A DNA stretch of 64,000 bases from Octopus vulgaris (lineage: Eukaryota): contig OX597817.1 of the NCBI GenBank assembly GCA_951406725.2, positions 24,180,001 through 24,244,000 of the forward strand. Reading direction: 5' to 3'. Below are positions 36,850 to 49,900 of the stretch, piece after piece (positions within the stretch are counted from its first letter, which is position 1; each line of letters opens with the position of its first letter). The notes below the pieces were generated by a model, which was not told the origin of the DNA, searched no databases, and was given only the letters and a program-made list of their open reading frames with translations. The position numbers and the translations under genes were made by a program.

Positions 36850-39130
36850 GACACTGACAGATGATGCAGAGGTCAGTCTATATTAGTTGGCATCCTAATA
36901 CTACAATTAAGACCAGACCCCTCTAGTTTAGGTAAAATAAAATATCTAACTTTAAAGTTAGGAAGAAAAAAGAAAATGGTTTAAACCATTTAGATGAAGG
37001 AACTGAATAAGCTAGAAATGAAATGTTTCCTTATGAGTAAACAGAATAAGAGAGGAAAAGGCAAAGAATATTAGTGATTTGGAATGAGATAGGCATGTTT
37101 CTAGGGACAGAAGAGAAATTGGAAGGGCAGGTATACTCTATAAAATATTATGGTTATCTATCTTACCCTGAATTAGGAAAAGCTAAAGAGGAAATATAAA
37201 ACCCAATCAGAGACAGCAGTGAAGATGAAGATAATATAAGTGAATGAAGTTTTGACAAAGAGAAAATATCAAATTATCAGAGGAAAGAAAGCACTGACTT
37301 GGGTAGAGAGAAAATAAAGTTGAGAATGTGACAGAATGGTAAGGATGGCAAGGAGATAGATTTAATGATCAAAATATTAGATGGACTTCAACAAAATAAT
37401 AAGAAAACCTTGCTAACCATAGAAGTGAGATATAATTGAATGAAGAGAGAGAAAAAGATGAAAGAAATTGACAATATTGTTAGGATATGTGCTACATTCT
37501 TCTCTCCTGGTGGTAAATAATACATATACTGCTGTAACAGGCGTAGTACCAAAATAAGGTGGCTACAAGGCAGATGAGTCAAGAATGGACAAACACCTTG
37601 AAAAGTAAGAGAGTCATTTAAATACTAGAAAGAAAATATGAAGCAAAGAAGAATCTTTTCTTCTTTGCTTCGTATTTTCTTTGTCGTATGAATGAATATT
37701 GTAATTGAACTGAAGCAAAGAATGACCACAAAGACAGCTAAGACAAAATGATATGAGAATAGAATAGACAAGTTTCAGCAAAACATGTTGTTTTAAAATA
37801 ATTAGGAGGGATTCTTTGGAAAACTGGAAGGAGTAAAATGACATAACAATGAATTATGGGATTCAGAGTTTTGAAGTGATATATAAAGCAAGAAAGATAT
37901 CCTCAGTGAGGTAACTGGCAGAGAGTAATAGATAATGAACTAAGAAAAGTAAAGAAACAGGTTGACAGATCAATCACTCCGGAGCTCATAGCAAAATGAA
38001 TTTCTAAAGTACATAACAGAAGGCACTTGAGTTAGACAAACTGCAATGGTTTGGTTAGAAATTTATAGATACACCCTTGAAAGTACTGGCTGCATTATCA
38101 ATTGAATTTCTTTGGAGTGGATGTGTCCCAAAGTTGATGATAAAGGCAAGATAACTTATATTATGAAATACAAGTAGAAAATGCTATAAGTAAGCTTGCA
38201 AACATGATCTATGTATATTTACAAGAATGTAACCTACTCCCTAATAAACAGAAATGCTGCTGGTGAAATTCAAGAGAAACAAAGTATCAATCAACGAGAA
38301 GAGTAGTTAATTAAAAACTGAGACAGAACAGTTTAGCAATGGGACAGATCACCCATAAAAAAAGAAAAAAACAAAACAAAAAGAACTAACATGCTCCCTT
38401 ATTTTTGGATTGTCAAGATAATTAAAATGCTCAGACTTGCAACCTAACATCAAACTGACATCACTAAACATGGGAAACAACATTATCAGCCAGAGGGAAA
38501 CCATTCGGAAAAGTCAAAATGGATTGATGTAAGTTCCAAAATGATAGCTTATCAGTTTACTGTTTGCCATTGCTTTTATCACACTTGCCTTAAAATTTAA
38601 AAAAAATTAAAAGCTAGATTATCGTCTTGGAAGTGACTAGAAGATAGAAAACCATTTTCATGGATGATCTGGAGGTATATGACAAAACTGAGAAAGAATT
38701 GAAAATACTTCTCATTAATAAGGGAGTGTTTATCAATGACATCAGAATGGAATTTGGTAATTCAGAGTGTAGAACCCTTTGTGATGGAGAAATGAGAATC
38801 CCACAAAAGTGATGATTTCAGTTTATTGAATGAAGAAAAGATCTGAGAAATTGATAAATATAAGAGATAAAAACCTGGAAGTCTTGAAGGGTAATGGTAT
38901 AAAGAATAAGTCCAGCTTCACAGACCCCAGTTGACCCGTCCAACCCATGCTAGCATGGAAAACGGACGCTAAACGATGATGATGATGATGATAAAGGAAG
39001 AACAAAGTCAGGAAAGCATATTTTCGAAGAATGAGGTAAATTCTAAAATCTAAACTCAGTGGCATCATTGTCTTAAACTGAAGAGCCAAAACCCTTATCA
39101 GTACTGAAATAATGAACTGGACAAAGAAAA
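36850..39130 (+). mobile_element. Decayed R4/Dong-type non-LTR retrotransposon (RT)
   Basis: MDDLEVYDKTEKELK...FINDIRMEFGNSEC at 38660 (MDD catalytic motif), YFRRMR*ILKSKLSG at about 39020, and YENRIDKFQQNMLF at about 37750. Many stops. The 5' boundary is uncertain. Confidence 0.75.
38910..38992 (+). mobile_element. Family D 3' tail inserted in the LINE
   Basis: CCGTCCAACCCATGCTAGCATGGAAAACGGACGCTAAACGATGATG. Confidence 0.85.
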
Positions 39131-39384
39131 AAAAAAATCAAGAATGTGAACTGAAAAATAGAGAAATTGCTGACTTTACAAAATTTTCCAACCTACTTTC
39201 TGTCCTGGAAATTTTATTTATTGAGGCGAAATTAACATTAACACAGCTGCTGTACAAACAATTTAAAATACCTGACATTGTGTAAAGTGTCACTCTTGTT
39301 ACTTATGTTGATATCTATTTTCAAAATTTTTTTGTTCGATTCTTTGAAATATATTTTTCTCTTAAATATTCACTAAAGTGCTCA

Positions 39385-39760
39385 TTACTACCTCTACTTT
39401 CACTAAGGCAGAGGTATTGTTTTCAGTCACGTTTGTTTGAGTGTCTGTCCATGGAAAAAATATCTCAAGAACCACTGGATGGATTCATATGAAACTTTCA
39501 GGGATGTTTGGTCTTGTGACTGGCACAAACTGTTTAGATTTTGGGATCAATCCAGTACCAGACAAGGATTCTGGATTATTTTTCTGTTTTTTTCTTACTT
39601 AATTTTTGAGAGCAGTAGGGTTCATATTTAGTATTCTCATTTGAGAGAGCAGTCGAGTTAATTTCAGATATTCTCATTTTAAAAATCATCTCCAGCTAAT
39701 CATTGAGAGAGCATTGGTGTTGCCCTGGTGGAGGTTTATACTGTCTGAGTGCTCGTTTTC
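39385..39760 (+). mobile_element. HINE / DINE-1-like non-autonomous Helentron
   Basis: 5' TACCTCTAC..AAGGCAGAGGTATTGTTTTC, GTTT/GTCT repeats, and 3' CCCTGGTGGAGGT...CTGAGTGCT. Confidence 0.65.
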
Positions 39761-40004
39761 TTTTTGTTTTGGTGGTGAAATTTTTGTGCTCATTTTTGGA
39801 CCTTGTTTTGCATTACATTATTTTCATTTCTACTGTGCTTGTATCTGGTATACATTTTGAAAATAAAATACTGTGAATATGTGTAAGTAAATAATGCAAA
39901 ATCTCTACAGCTAAACTTTTCGTCTCTTCCTTGGAATAGTAATTAGAATTGTTGTGACTAGTACTCGAAAGCCATTTCATTTAGCAATACTTGAATAAAA
40001 TTTT

Positions 40005-40120
40005 ACTTAATTTATCGACCATGAAAGGATGAAAAGCAAAGTCGACCAGAACATGAACACAGACAAAATACTGCTAAGCATTTCACCCAGCATGCTAATG
40101 ATTCTGCTAGCTTGCTGCCT
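40005..40120 (-). mobile_element. SINE family A fragment
   Basis: Head and core, internally deleted. Confidence 0.75.
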
Positions 40121-40891
40121 TAATAATTATGATAATAATGGCTACTTCTTTTTTTGACTTCCAGGACACAGAACATAAAAGACAACATCAAAGAATGAAA
40201 TACAAGACATGAAATGGTGGGGTTTATATTAATCAAAAGGAAAACCACAACAGTAAGGATATAACAAAAGATTACAAAGTGAAATACAGAAAAAGATAAT
40301 GATGATGACGATGACAACAATGATGAGAAGAAGTGTAGAAGTGTAGAAGAGGAAGAAGAAGAAGAAATCTGAGGCTACAGGTTGACTGTTTAAATTGACT
40401 CCTATACTTGACTGGCATTACATTTTATTGACCCCCAAAGGGATTCTGGAAACCTGTCTTTGACAAGTTTGACAGTTGGCAGCTCCAATGCAACCATGCT
40501 TATCGAGATTTTCTTGAAATAAAGCCCTTCATTAGCTCTATCAACTCAAGGAATTTAGAAAAGCTTACCATCTCTAACTTTAAAGTTCTCCAAAATAGAC
40601 TACTGTGATTGTCCTTATCACTGCCTTTGATTGCTTCCAGGTTATCACTGCACATACTGTTTACTAATCCTCTGTATAATGTAAGGGTTAGCTTTCCATC
40701 ATTTGAAATTTCCAGATGGTAAACAGCATTTAATTCTTGGAGGCATAAGAAAAGCTTATAACAAGCAAACTAGCAAGAGTGAGGTTTTCTGATTTCCAAA
40801 GCAGAATGGTATTCAATACATTAGCATACATTTCGAAAGTGATAATTATAATCGCTATGCCTTATTATTATTAATTATAATCGCTATGCCT

Positions 40892-41048
40892 CACGGAGTG
40901 GTTGGCGTTAGGAAGGGCATCCAGCTGTAGAAACATTGCCAGATAAGGCTGGAGCCTGGTGCAGCCTTCTGGCTTCGAAGATCCCCGGTCGAACCGTCCA
41001 ACCCATGCTAGCATGGAGAACGGACGTTAAACGATGATGATGATGATG
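40892..41048 (+). mobile_element. Family D retroposon 3' part
   Basis: GGAGTGGTTGGCGTTAGGAAGGGCATCC...GTTAAACGATGATGATG, flanked by ATGCCT on both sides. Confidence 0.88.
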
Positions 41049-41927
41049 CCTTAATAAACAAGTGAAATAATTAATATGGACTTTATGTTAGCTATCAATA
41101 TTTGAGATACCCCAAATCTAAGTTGATAGACGCATATACGTATACAAAGATGCGCAAACACACATATATACTTTAATGAAGTACAAATATTTATATTTCT
41201 TTTATATTATACAATCACGTAAACGATACACTTAAATGTAAAGTGTGACAGAAATGGCCTTTTTATAAAAATTACAAAGCAGATTTATTAAATAAGACAA
41301 GAAGCTAAATTTGTTTAGTTGTTGAAATTAATTGAGGTATACTCATCAATGTTGTCTCACTCACATGTTTATACTTGTTTCATGTGTATTTATACATAAA
41401 TTTATATAATAAGCACAACATTTAATGTGTGTAATATCATGCATGGACAGAGATTATTTGATCTTCATACCATTATAAAGATATTGGTGTTATATTAGAA
41501 GCTTAAATTACCCCACCTAGGAAAGACAACCGAGACAGAGAATTGACTTGCAGAGAGCAAGTAATTTTTTTCTTTTTTACTCACCTCATTTTTCCCTTAC
41601 ACACATTCACATCATCATTCACATGTTAAAAATATATTAATTAAAAGTTAAAATTATATACTTTCAAACTAAATACAATAATGACATAGTATATTAACCC
41701 CTTTTGTTACCCTGTTTCTATTGAAATGCATTGTCTTTGTTCCAATTAATTTCGAAAATAACTAAGAATTTAGTAAAATAACTTTGTCGATATAAGTTTG
41801 GTGCATGGAGTATAAATTATTAGGCAATTTTGATGAAAGGTTTTAATTTAAATCCCTTTAAAATGGGAAGTTTATATCATAGAACCAATGAATAAATTTC
41901 AAACCTCTTTCATGAGGAAGCTCTCCA

Positions 41928-42343
41928 CTCTCTTTTACTCTTTTACTTGTTTCAGTCATTAACTGCGGCCGTGCTGGAGCACCACCTCTAATCGAGCAAC
42001 TCCACCCCAGGACTTATTCTTTGTAAGCCCAGTACTTATTCTATCGGTCTCTTTTGCTGAACCACTAAGTTACGGGGACATAAACACATCAGCATCGGTT
42101 GTCAAGCAATGCTAGGGGGACAAACACAGACACACAAACACACGCACACACATATATATATATATATACATATGTATACGATGGGCTTCTTTCAGTTTCC
42201 GTCTACCAAATCCACTCACAAGGCTTTGGTCAGCCCGAGGCTATAGTAGAAGACACTTGCCCAAGGTGCCACGCAGTGGGACTGAACCCGGAATCATGTG
42301 GCTGGTAAGCAAGCTACTTACCACACAGCTACTCCTGCGCCTA
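41928..42343 (-). mobile_element. SINE family B, full length
   Basis: Head, core, microsatellite and tail all present. Confidence 0.9.
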
Positions 42344-42567
42344 TATTTATTTTAATCATGAATTAGACTTTAGGTATTGTTTTTTGTTTTTTTAGTTATG
42401 AGTTATTTTTGCAGACTAGGATTGGCCAAAAGATAAAAAAAGAAGTGACACTCCAACTACGATGAAACATTTTGTGAAACACTTAATAAAAGTCAGCTTC
42501 ACAATAAAGCAATAAAACATCCGACTGGGTGTGTTTCAGAAATATGATACTGTATATTAACAACTGT

Positions 42568-42860
42568 GGAGGCGCAATGGCCCAGTGGTTAGGGCAGCGG
42601 ACTCGCGGTCGGAGGATCGCAGTTTCGATTCCCAGACTGGGCGTTGTGTGTGTTTATTGAGCGAAAACACCTAAAAGCTCCACGAGGCTCCGGCAGGGGG
42701 TGGTGATCCTTGCTGTACTCTTTCACCACTCTTTCTTCTGTTGGCCTGCTTGCTTAGCCAGTGGGGTGGCGTCATTCAAAGGCTAAAACAATGTGAACGC
42801 ATTGTGACCAGCGATGTGTAACAACATCTGATGGTCTGGTCAGTCACGTGATCACGTGAT
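42568..42860 (+). mobile_element. SINE family C (tail type 2)
   Basis: GGAGGCGCAATGGCCCAGTGGTTAGG head. Tail matches 59205-59505 but not 1300-1684. Confidence 0.88.
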
Positions 42861-43134
42861 ATTAACTATTAGGTAACAATGAATTCCATTTGTATTGATT
42901 GGAAGAGGTAAGAGTTAAATATGAAGATAAACATGTTCAATGCTTCATTGATTGCTTATTTTTTAGATTCTTTTTACCAATGTTAATCAGCAAAAATAAT
43001 TAAAAAATAAAAGAACATTCTTAACTACCAAATTATGATTTTAAAATAACTGAAAGGAAGGATTCTCTGGAAATGGTTTTGAAATTTCTTCCTTAAAGTG
43101 AAATATGATAAAAAACAGGGAAATATAGGAGACC

Positions 43135-43366
43135 AAGGTGAGCTGGCAGAAACGTTAGCATGCCGGTTGAAATGCATAGCCATATTTCGTCTGTCATTAT
43201 GTTCCGAGTTCAAATTCCGCCAAGGTCGACTTTGCCTTTCATCCTTTCGGGATTGATAAATTAACTACCAGTTATGCACTGGAGTCGATGTAATCGACTT
43301 AATCCCTTTGTCTGTCCTTGTTTGTCCCCTCTATGTTTAGCCCCTTGTGGGCAATATAGAAATAAA
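43135..43366 (+). mobile_element. SINE family A (tail type 1)
   Basis: Head, core and tail match 357-590. Confidence 0.88.
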
Positions 43367-43409
43367 TATAGGAGGCAAAATGTAATTAAAAATATGCAAA
43401 GTTTTATTT

Positions 43410-44290
43410 TACAGTGGGGGAAAACAGACAAGTTACTAATCACTTCAGAGAAATGGTTCTGCTCAGTATGTAGAAAGGGTGTAGGTAGAAATCCTATAAG
43501 GTGTACCCAGTGCATGCTATGAAGAAATAAGAGGTGTAGACGTATCAGAGGAAGGTTAACAAAGAAAGTAGTCTTTGTGTGTGGCAGATGTGTGGGTACA
43601 ATAAACACTAAGAATGTACAGAAAATAGACTCCCTGAAATGTCTGAGGGGATCATTAGAAGTAGTAGATAGCTTTGTTTACCTTGGTAACAAAATTAGGA
43701 GTGAAAGAGGATGCTCTGAAAGTGTAGCTGCCAGATTAAGAATGGGCATGGTAAATTTCAGAGAACTACTCCCTCTGTTGGTAACAAATAGCCTCTCTCT
43801 GAGTGAAAGGTAGATTGCATGAGGCCTGCATATGAATAGCTATGCAATGTGGCAGTGAAACATGGGCTATAACTACAGAAGATATGTGAAGGCTTGAAGA
43901 AATGAAGCCAGTATGCTCTGCTGGATGGGTAATGTATGTGTGTGTATACAACACTGTAAATGATTTAAGAGAAAAACTGGGTATGAGGCTTCAGATGTAG
44001 TGTGCAAGAGAGAAGACTGCACTAATAAAATTATGTGATGTGTATGGATGAGGACAGCTGCATAAAGAAGTGCTGATCTCTAATTGTGGAATGGAATGAA
44101 GTGGTAAGAAATGATCTCCAGATGTTGAACCTCACAGAGAAGATGGCAAAGTACTGAAACTTCTGCCTATTTGTTGCGCTTGAGAAGAGATGTCAAGGGA
44201 AGTAAAATCTTCAGCTTCTCAACTCTTGCCAAACCATCCAACACATGCCTGCATAGAAAAAGATTTTAAAGGATGACGATGACAATGACT
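43410..44290 (+). mobile_element. RTE-clade LINE 3' relic with PHD-like finger and 3' tail
   Basis: WFCSVCRKGVGRNPIRCTQC, LEVVDSFVYLG, ARLRMGMVNFRELLPLLVT and GSETW motifs; ends CCATCCAACACATGCCTGCAT...GATGACGATGAC. Confidence 0.88.
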
Positions 44291-46227
44291 GGCTTTTTAT
44301 TTATCAAACCTTAAAGAATATTGTGCTTATTTCATTATAGTAAATACTTTAAGAATTTCAATCAATAAATTTTCATGATGTGGCAAATGTATATTAGAGA
44401 GAGAGGAAAGAGAGAGAGAGACAGACAGAATGTCACCTCTTTGCAAATCAATTCTATGACTTGATCTCCTTTTCTAGGTGAGAGGCAATTTAATATGCTT
44501 ACCTCACTAACATTTATTTTTCTAAAGATATGAAAACCAAACAATCTCCCTCTATGAATCTCATGTATGTGAAATGTTGAGCTTATTGTATAAGCAAGTA
44601 GCATATTTATATATAAATACATTAGAGAGAAGCTGAGTATGTGTGTGAGACACTATTGATGTATATATACTAATCAATTTTAACAACTAAACAAATTTAG
44701 TTTCTTGACTAATTTGATTAATTACATCCCAGTTGATATTTACTTTATAATATATTCAAATCTGCTTCATTAATTTTTGTCAGGATGTTTGTTCACTCAC
44801 ACTTTTTAAGAATATCATTATGTTAATTTATGTGTAATTATGTTAATTTATGTGTAAAATCTAGTGTGAGTTATAATACTGGCTCAGAAACAATAAATAG
44901 TCCACTGTATACATACAAGAATGAGGAAAATACAGGTAGTGCAATGTTACTGATGGTGATTTTGGTATAATCTAGTTTCACATTAATCTTGTTTGAGCAG
45001 ATCTATGACCAAAGGTTTTCCACTTATGACCATCCCATTTTTGAATATCAAAGACCACATTGCGCAATATCTCTTCCTTAATCTTGTAGGGTGTGGTTCT
45101 TGTGAGATTTGGCTTCTATTTCTAGCTCAAGCACACCAAGCAACTGAAAAACCTTACTCGTTAGCTAAGGAGATGTATTGCAAATAGATGATAAAGACTG
45201 AATGAAATGGAATTTGATGAGATTTATAATGATCAATTTTAGGAGTAATCAAAAGCTGAAGGACAATTTCTGAGTTAGAGTAGACCATATCTGATAACAT
45301 CGTGCGTCCCTGATCAAGATGTTAGCATAAAAGCTATAGTAATGACTAACATGGAAAGACTACATTACAGAACAATAACTGACCAGTATGGAAAGAGGTC
45401 ATATTGCCCTAAAGATAATATCAGAGACAGTGGAAAGGTGATTAATACTAGAAATAGAAACTACAAATTTGCATATATACTGAACAATTTCAGTAGCTAA
45501 AGGAAACTGGAGCTACTCATTCGCATACCATAAATGTTAACACCTTATTTAGTATCAAGGGTTTGTCAATCGGAATCTCACTGCACAGAATATCAAGATA
45601 TGATGTAATGTATGTAGCTTTTAAATGTATTGTTGCTTTTAAAACAGGGCTATACAGACTCACATAAACAACAGCAAGCAAAAGTAAAACTGTCTGCACA
45701 TATGCTTGATATGTTAGAAATAATAGTCATGTCTCCTTGTATAAAGAAAGGCCACATAAGAAATGTTGTCTAAGATGCATATTAAACTTTCAAAAGAATA
45801 CAGATTTGTCATAATTGGAACACCTTTGATCCTAGGTGTGCAAGTTCATAAATGACATGCAGTTAAATAACAACTATATGCCACTGGATGTGTAAGCAAT
45901 GATGACAGCTGTGCTGACAGTGACAACATTACTGATGATATTCTGGTAATTTTGTCTCAAAAATAATTTAAACTTCGCAAAGAAAGTTCTTTCTAAAATT
46001 TTCTTCCTGTAATTATTATATGGTTAGTTTCAAGTGTTGATAATAATTACACTTTATTTGATTTTATTGAGAAAAAGTCTGAGATGGATTCCAGACATGA
46101 TGTCAAGTATTGAGCAATAAAATGTTTTCAAATTTATTGCTAAATTGAGAAATATTTATTTATTTATTTATTATTATAATTATCAATATCATTATTATTG
46201 TTGTTGTTGTTGTTGTTATTGTTATTA

Positions 46228-46425
46228 GGGTGGCGAGCTCGCAGATGATATGCTTAGCAGCATATCATCTGTCTTTACGTTTTGAGTTCAAATTCTGCTG
46301 AGGTTGACTTTTTGCCTTTCCTCCTTCTGAGTTGATAAAATAAGCACCAGTCAAGCACTGTAGCTGTTGTAATCAATTAACTCCTCTCCCGAAATTGCTG
46401 GCCTTGTGCCAAATTTGAAACCATT
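46228..46425 (+). mobile_element. SINE family A (tail type 3)
   Basis: Head, core and GGCCTTGTGCCAAATTTGAAACC tail followed by (ATT)n. Confidence 0.8.
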
Positions 46426-46674
46426 ATCATTATTATTATTATTTTATTAAGTCTTATCAACGTCAGATTCATGATGGGAAACATGGTGCATTTTCGTGTT
46501 TGAATGCAGACTCAATGAGAGAAGAAACGAAAAGCAGAATTGCCCCTTGACAACAAATGTCCTTGATGATGGATAGTGGTGATTTCGTCGACAATACCCA
46601 TCTCAAACATGGATAGTTGTATTGTCACTCGATATCAGTGTTGGCTACCCACATTTTTAATTTAAAGATATATA

Positions 46675-47072
46675 AGGCATAGGAGTGGCTGTGTGGTAAG
46701 TAGCTTGTTTACCAACCACATGGTTCTGGGTTCAGTCCCACTGCGTGGCACCTTGGGCAAGTGTCTTCTACTATAGCCTCGGGCAGACCAAAGCCTTGTG
46801 AGTGAATTTGGTAGACGGAAACTGAAAGAAGCCCGTCGTATATATGTATATATGTGCGTGTGTGTGTTTGTGTGTTTGTGTTTGTCCCCCTAGCATTGCT
46901 TGACAACCGATGCTGGTGTGTTTATGTCCCCGTTACTTAGCGGTTTGGCAAAAGAGACCGATAGAATAAGTACTGGGCTTACAAAAGAATAAGTTCCGGG
47001 GTCGATTTGCCCGGCTAAAAAGGAGTTGCTCCAGCATGACCGCAGTGAAATAACTGAAATAAGTAAAAGAGT
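46675..47072 (+). mobile_element. SINE family B, full length
   Basis: Head, core, microsatellite and tail all present. Confidence 0.9.
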
Positions 47073-47394
47073 ATAACATTTGAAGAGGACCGCTCATTTC
47101 TTTAGGATTCTATTGAGGTCTTTTGTGCACCACTTGTGGCTGTCAAATGTCTTTTTTCACAATTTCCGTTTAACGACATCCTTTTATCTCATTGAATGTG
47201 TACTCAGTTTTTACATACCGCTAGCTATTTGTTAAGATAGTATTCTTCACATTGCTTGTTCGAAGAATGACCGCAAAAATATCTCTGCTACTGATTTTAG
47301 CTTTCCCTCGGAGAATGCTTTTCTAGGGCTTCCACTGCCTATGATGTTTCATGTGTTTCATCTAATATAAATGAATAAGCTCTCAAAGTGAGAT

Positions 47395-48195
47395 ATTGTC
47401 CATTTGATATATGGATACAACATACAGATGGGCTGAAGACAACAACATGCAGTTTAATGCAGGGAAGTTCCAAGCCCTGCACTACTGGCACACAAAGCTG
47501 AATAACATGCAGACCGGATACACTGCACTGGGAAGAATTGCAATTCCTGAGTCAAAATTAGTGCATGACCTGGTCATTGACATGAGCTATGATGCATCTT
47601 TCCAAGTGCATATTGCCAATTTGGTAATAAAATGCAGATGACTGGCTGGCTGGCTGGATCCTCTGAACTTTCAGAACAAGAGAGAAAGAGACACTGATTG
47701 TCCTTTGGAAGACATTCGTCCTCATCCACTAGGACTACTGCTCTCAACTATGGTCACCACACAATATAAAGTTAACAGCAGAACTTGAAGCAATCCAACG
47801 AAGCTATATTAAGAAGATTGTCTCAATGCAACATATCAGCTACTGAGAAAGATTGAAAGTATTAAAACTCTTCTCCCTGGAGTGAAGGCAGGAGAGATAT
47901 GCACTGATATACATCTGGAAAATTCTGAAAAGTCTGGAAAGTCCCAAATTTTGGCATTGAAAGTTACCCCAACAGCAGAACGTGGGGCCACTGCATGGTG
48001 CCAAAGATCCCAACATTACCATCAAAATACAGGACCAGATACTGCAACAGCTTGAGTTTCAGGGGACCACAGCTCTTCAATATCCTTCCTAAATGCCTGA
48101 GAGACCTGCATGGTGTGGATGTGGGTTTCTTTAAAACTAAACTCGATCTCTTCTTGTCAGGGCTTCCAGATGAATCTACCTCTCAGCAGGAAACA
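47395..48195 (+). mobile_element. CR1/L2-type LINE 3' relic (post-RT region)
   Basis: YRWAEDNNMQFNAGKFQ, GWIL*TFRTR, DYCSQLWSP, LEAIQR, ERLKVLKLFSLE and NSLSFRGPQLFNILP motifs, with stops and frameshifts. Confidence 0.85.
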
Positions 48196-48200
48196 CATGC

Positions 48201-48428
48201 GGGCAGCGGTGTCGTTAGCACGCCGGGCGAAATGCTTACCGGTATTTCGTCTGCCGCTACGTTCTGAGTTCAAATTCTGCCGAGGTCGACTTTGCCCTTC
48301 ATCCTTTCGGGGTCAATAAATTAAGTACCAGTTATGCACTGGGGTCGATATAATCGAATTAATCCGTTTGTTTGTCCTTGTTTGTCCCCACTGTGTTTAG
48401 CCCTTTGTGGGTAGTAAAGAAATAGGTA
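48201..48428 (+). mobile_element. SINE family A (tail type 1)
   Basis: Head slightly truncated; core and tail match the family. Confidence 0.88.
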
Positions 48429-48504
48429 TAGCCATGGACAAACTGTGGCCCATGGGATTTTCTGAATTTTACTTTATACATACTTGCCATATGGGCCTGC
48501 ACTG

Positions 48505-48897
48505 CCCCGACTGGCCTCTGTGCTGGTGACACGTAAAAAGCACCATCCGTTCATGGCCGTTGCCAGCCTCGCCTGGACCCGTGACGGTGGCACGTAAAAA
48601 GCACCATCCGTTCGTGGCCATTGCCAGCGCCACCCCGACTGGCCTCCGTGCTGGTGGCACGTAAAAGCACCATTTGTTCGTGGCCATTTGCCAGCTCCGT
48701 CTGGCTCCTGTGCGGGTGGCACGTAGAAAGCACCCACTACACTTGCGGAGTGGTTGGCATTAGGAAGGACATCCAGCTGTAGAAACACTGCCAGATCAGA
48801 CTGGGCCTGATGCAGCCTTCTGGCTTCACAGACCCCAGTTGAACCGTCAACCCATGCTAGCATGGAAAACGGACGCTAAATGATGATGATGATGATA
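48505..48897 (+). mobile_element. Family D retroposon with four internal ~60-bp tandem units
   Basis: GGTGGCACGTAAAAAGCACC-type motif four times, then the standard D 3' part and (ATG)n. Confidence 0.88.
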
Positions 48898-49649
48898 CGA
48901 TGGCTGTTAAAATATTGATGAAACATGGAAAGAAAAATTTTCTAACAATGGATTTATATATATCTCTGATAAAGTAAACAGACTGGCAGTGAATTTAATT
49001 TTGGCATTGTCGAGCAGAAAATTTCATAGAAAGAGAAAGAAAACATTATGATGCATTAAATGCCCTGATTGCTACAAGAACATCACTCCCTCTGTCTGTC
49101 TTTCTCCCTCACTTTTATGTCTGTATGTATATATTTTTGTTTGTGTATATGTGTGTGTTTGCTTTCAGTGCCAAAAGTTTTGCTGCCAAAAAAAAGCCAT
49201 CACCAAAACAAGTTTAACATCCAGCCTGCCGTACCAAATTACCACCATCTAAACACCTGTGACCAGTCATCTCATTTCTGAATATGTAAACACACATGCA
49301 TATATATATATATATATGTGTGTGTATATATATATATATTTACTAGCTGGAGATCCTATTGTTGCTGGGCAATTTTTATAAAACTTTCTATATAAATTTT
49401 TGTTTATTCTATGTTAGGCGATGCCTTCCCTGACAGATAGTCCTCTTGATCAGGACGGATTTGTGCAATTTTTCGCAAAATTTTGATGTAATTATAAAAT
49501 ATCACAATATGTGATCGAGAAGACCCTACAAAAGTAGAGAGACAGACAGGTATATGATATGACATATACACAAACACACACAGACACACACAAGTACATT
49601 TACAAACAGGCATAGGTGATCACAAATTTAAAATGGTGTATAGTAGACA

Positions 49650-49900
49650 CGTATGTATGTACATGTGTGTGTGTTTATATATATATGTTTGTATGTGTGT
49701 ATATATATATGTATGTATGTATGTGTGTATATATGTATGTAAGTGTGTATATATGTATGTATGTGTGTATATATATATGTATGTGTGTGTATATATATGT
49801 ATGTATGTATGTGTGTGTATATATATGTATGTATGTATGTGTGTATATGTATGTATGTGTGTATATATGTATGTGTGTGTTTGTGTATATATATGTACGT
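49650..49900. repeat. (TA/TG) compound microsatellite
   Basis: Directly visible. Confidence 0.95.

Noticed and set aside
42568-42645. tRNA genes (also at 59205, 1684 and 55899)
   Set aside because: These are SINE heads. The acceptor stem is imperfect and each runs directly into a repeat body.
46450-47370. Unique-looking sequence flanking a SINE, with a GCG|GTATGT minus-strand donor near 47217
   Set aside because: All frames are interrupted by stops and no family was recognised, so it cannot be told apart from decayed TE sequence.
48505-48740. CRISPR-like repeat-spacer array
   Set aside because: Eukaryotic context, spacers homologous to each other, inside a retroposon, and no cas genes.
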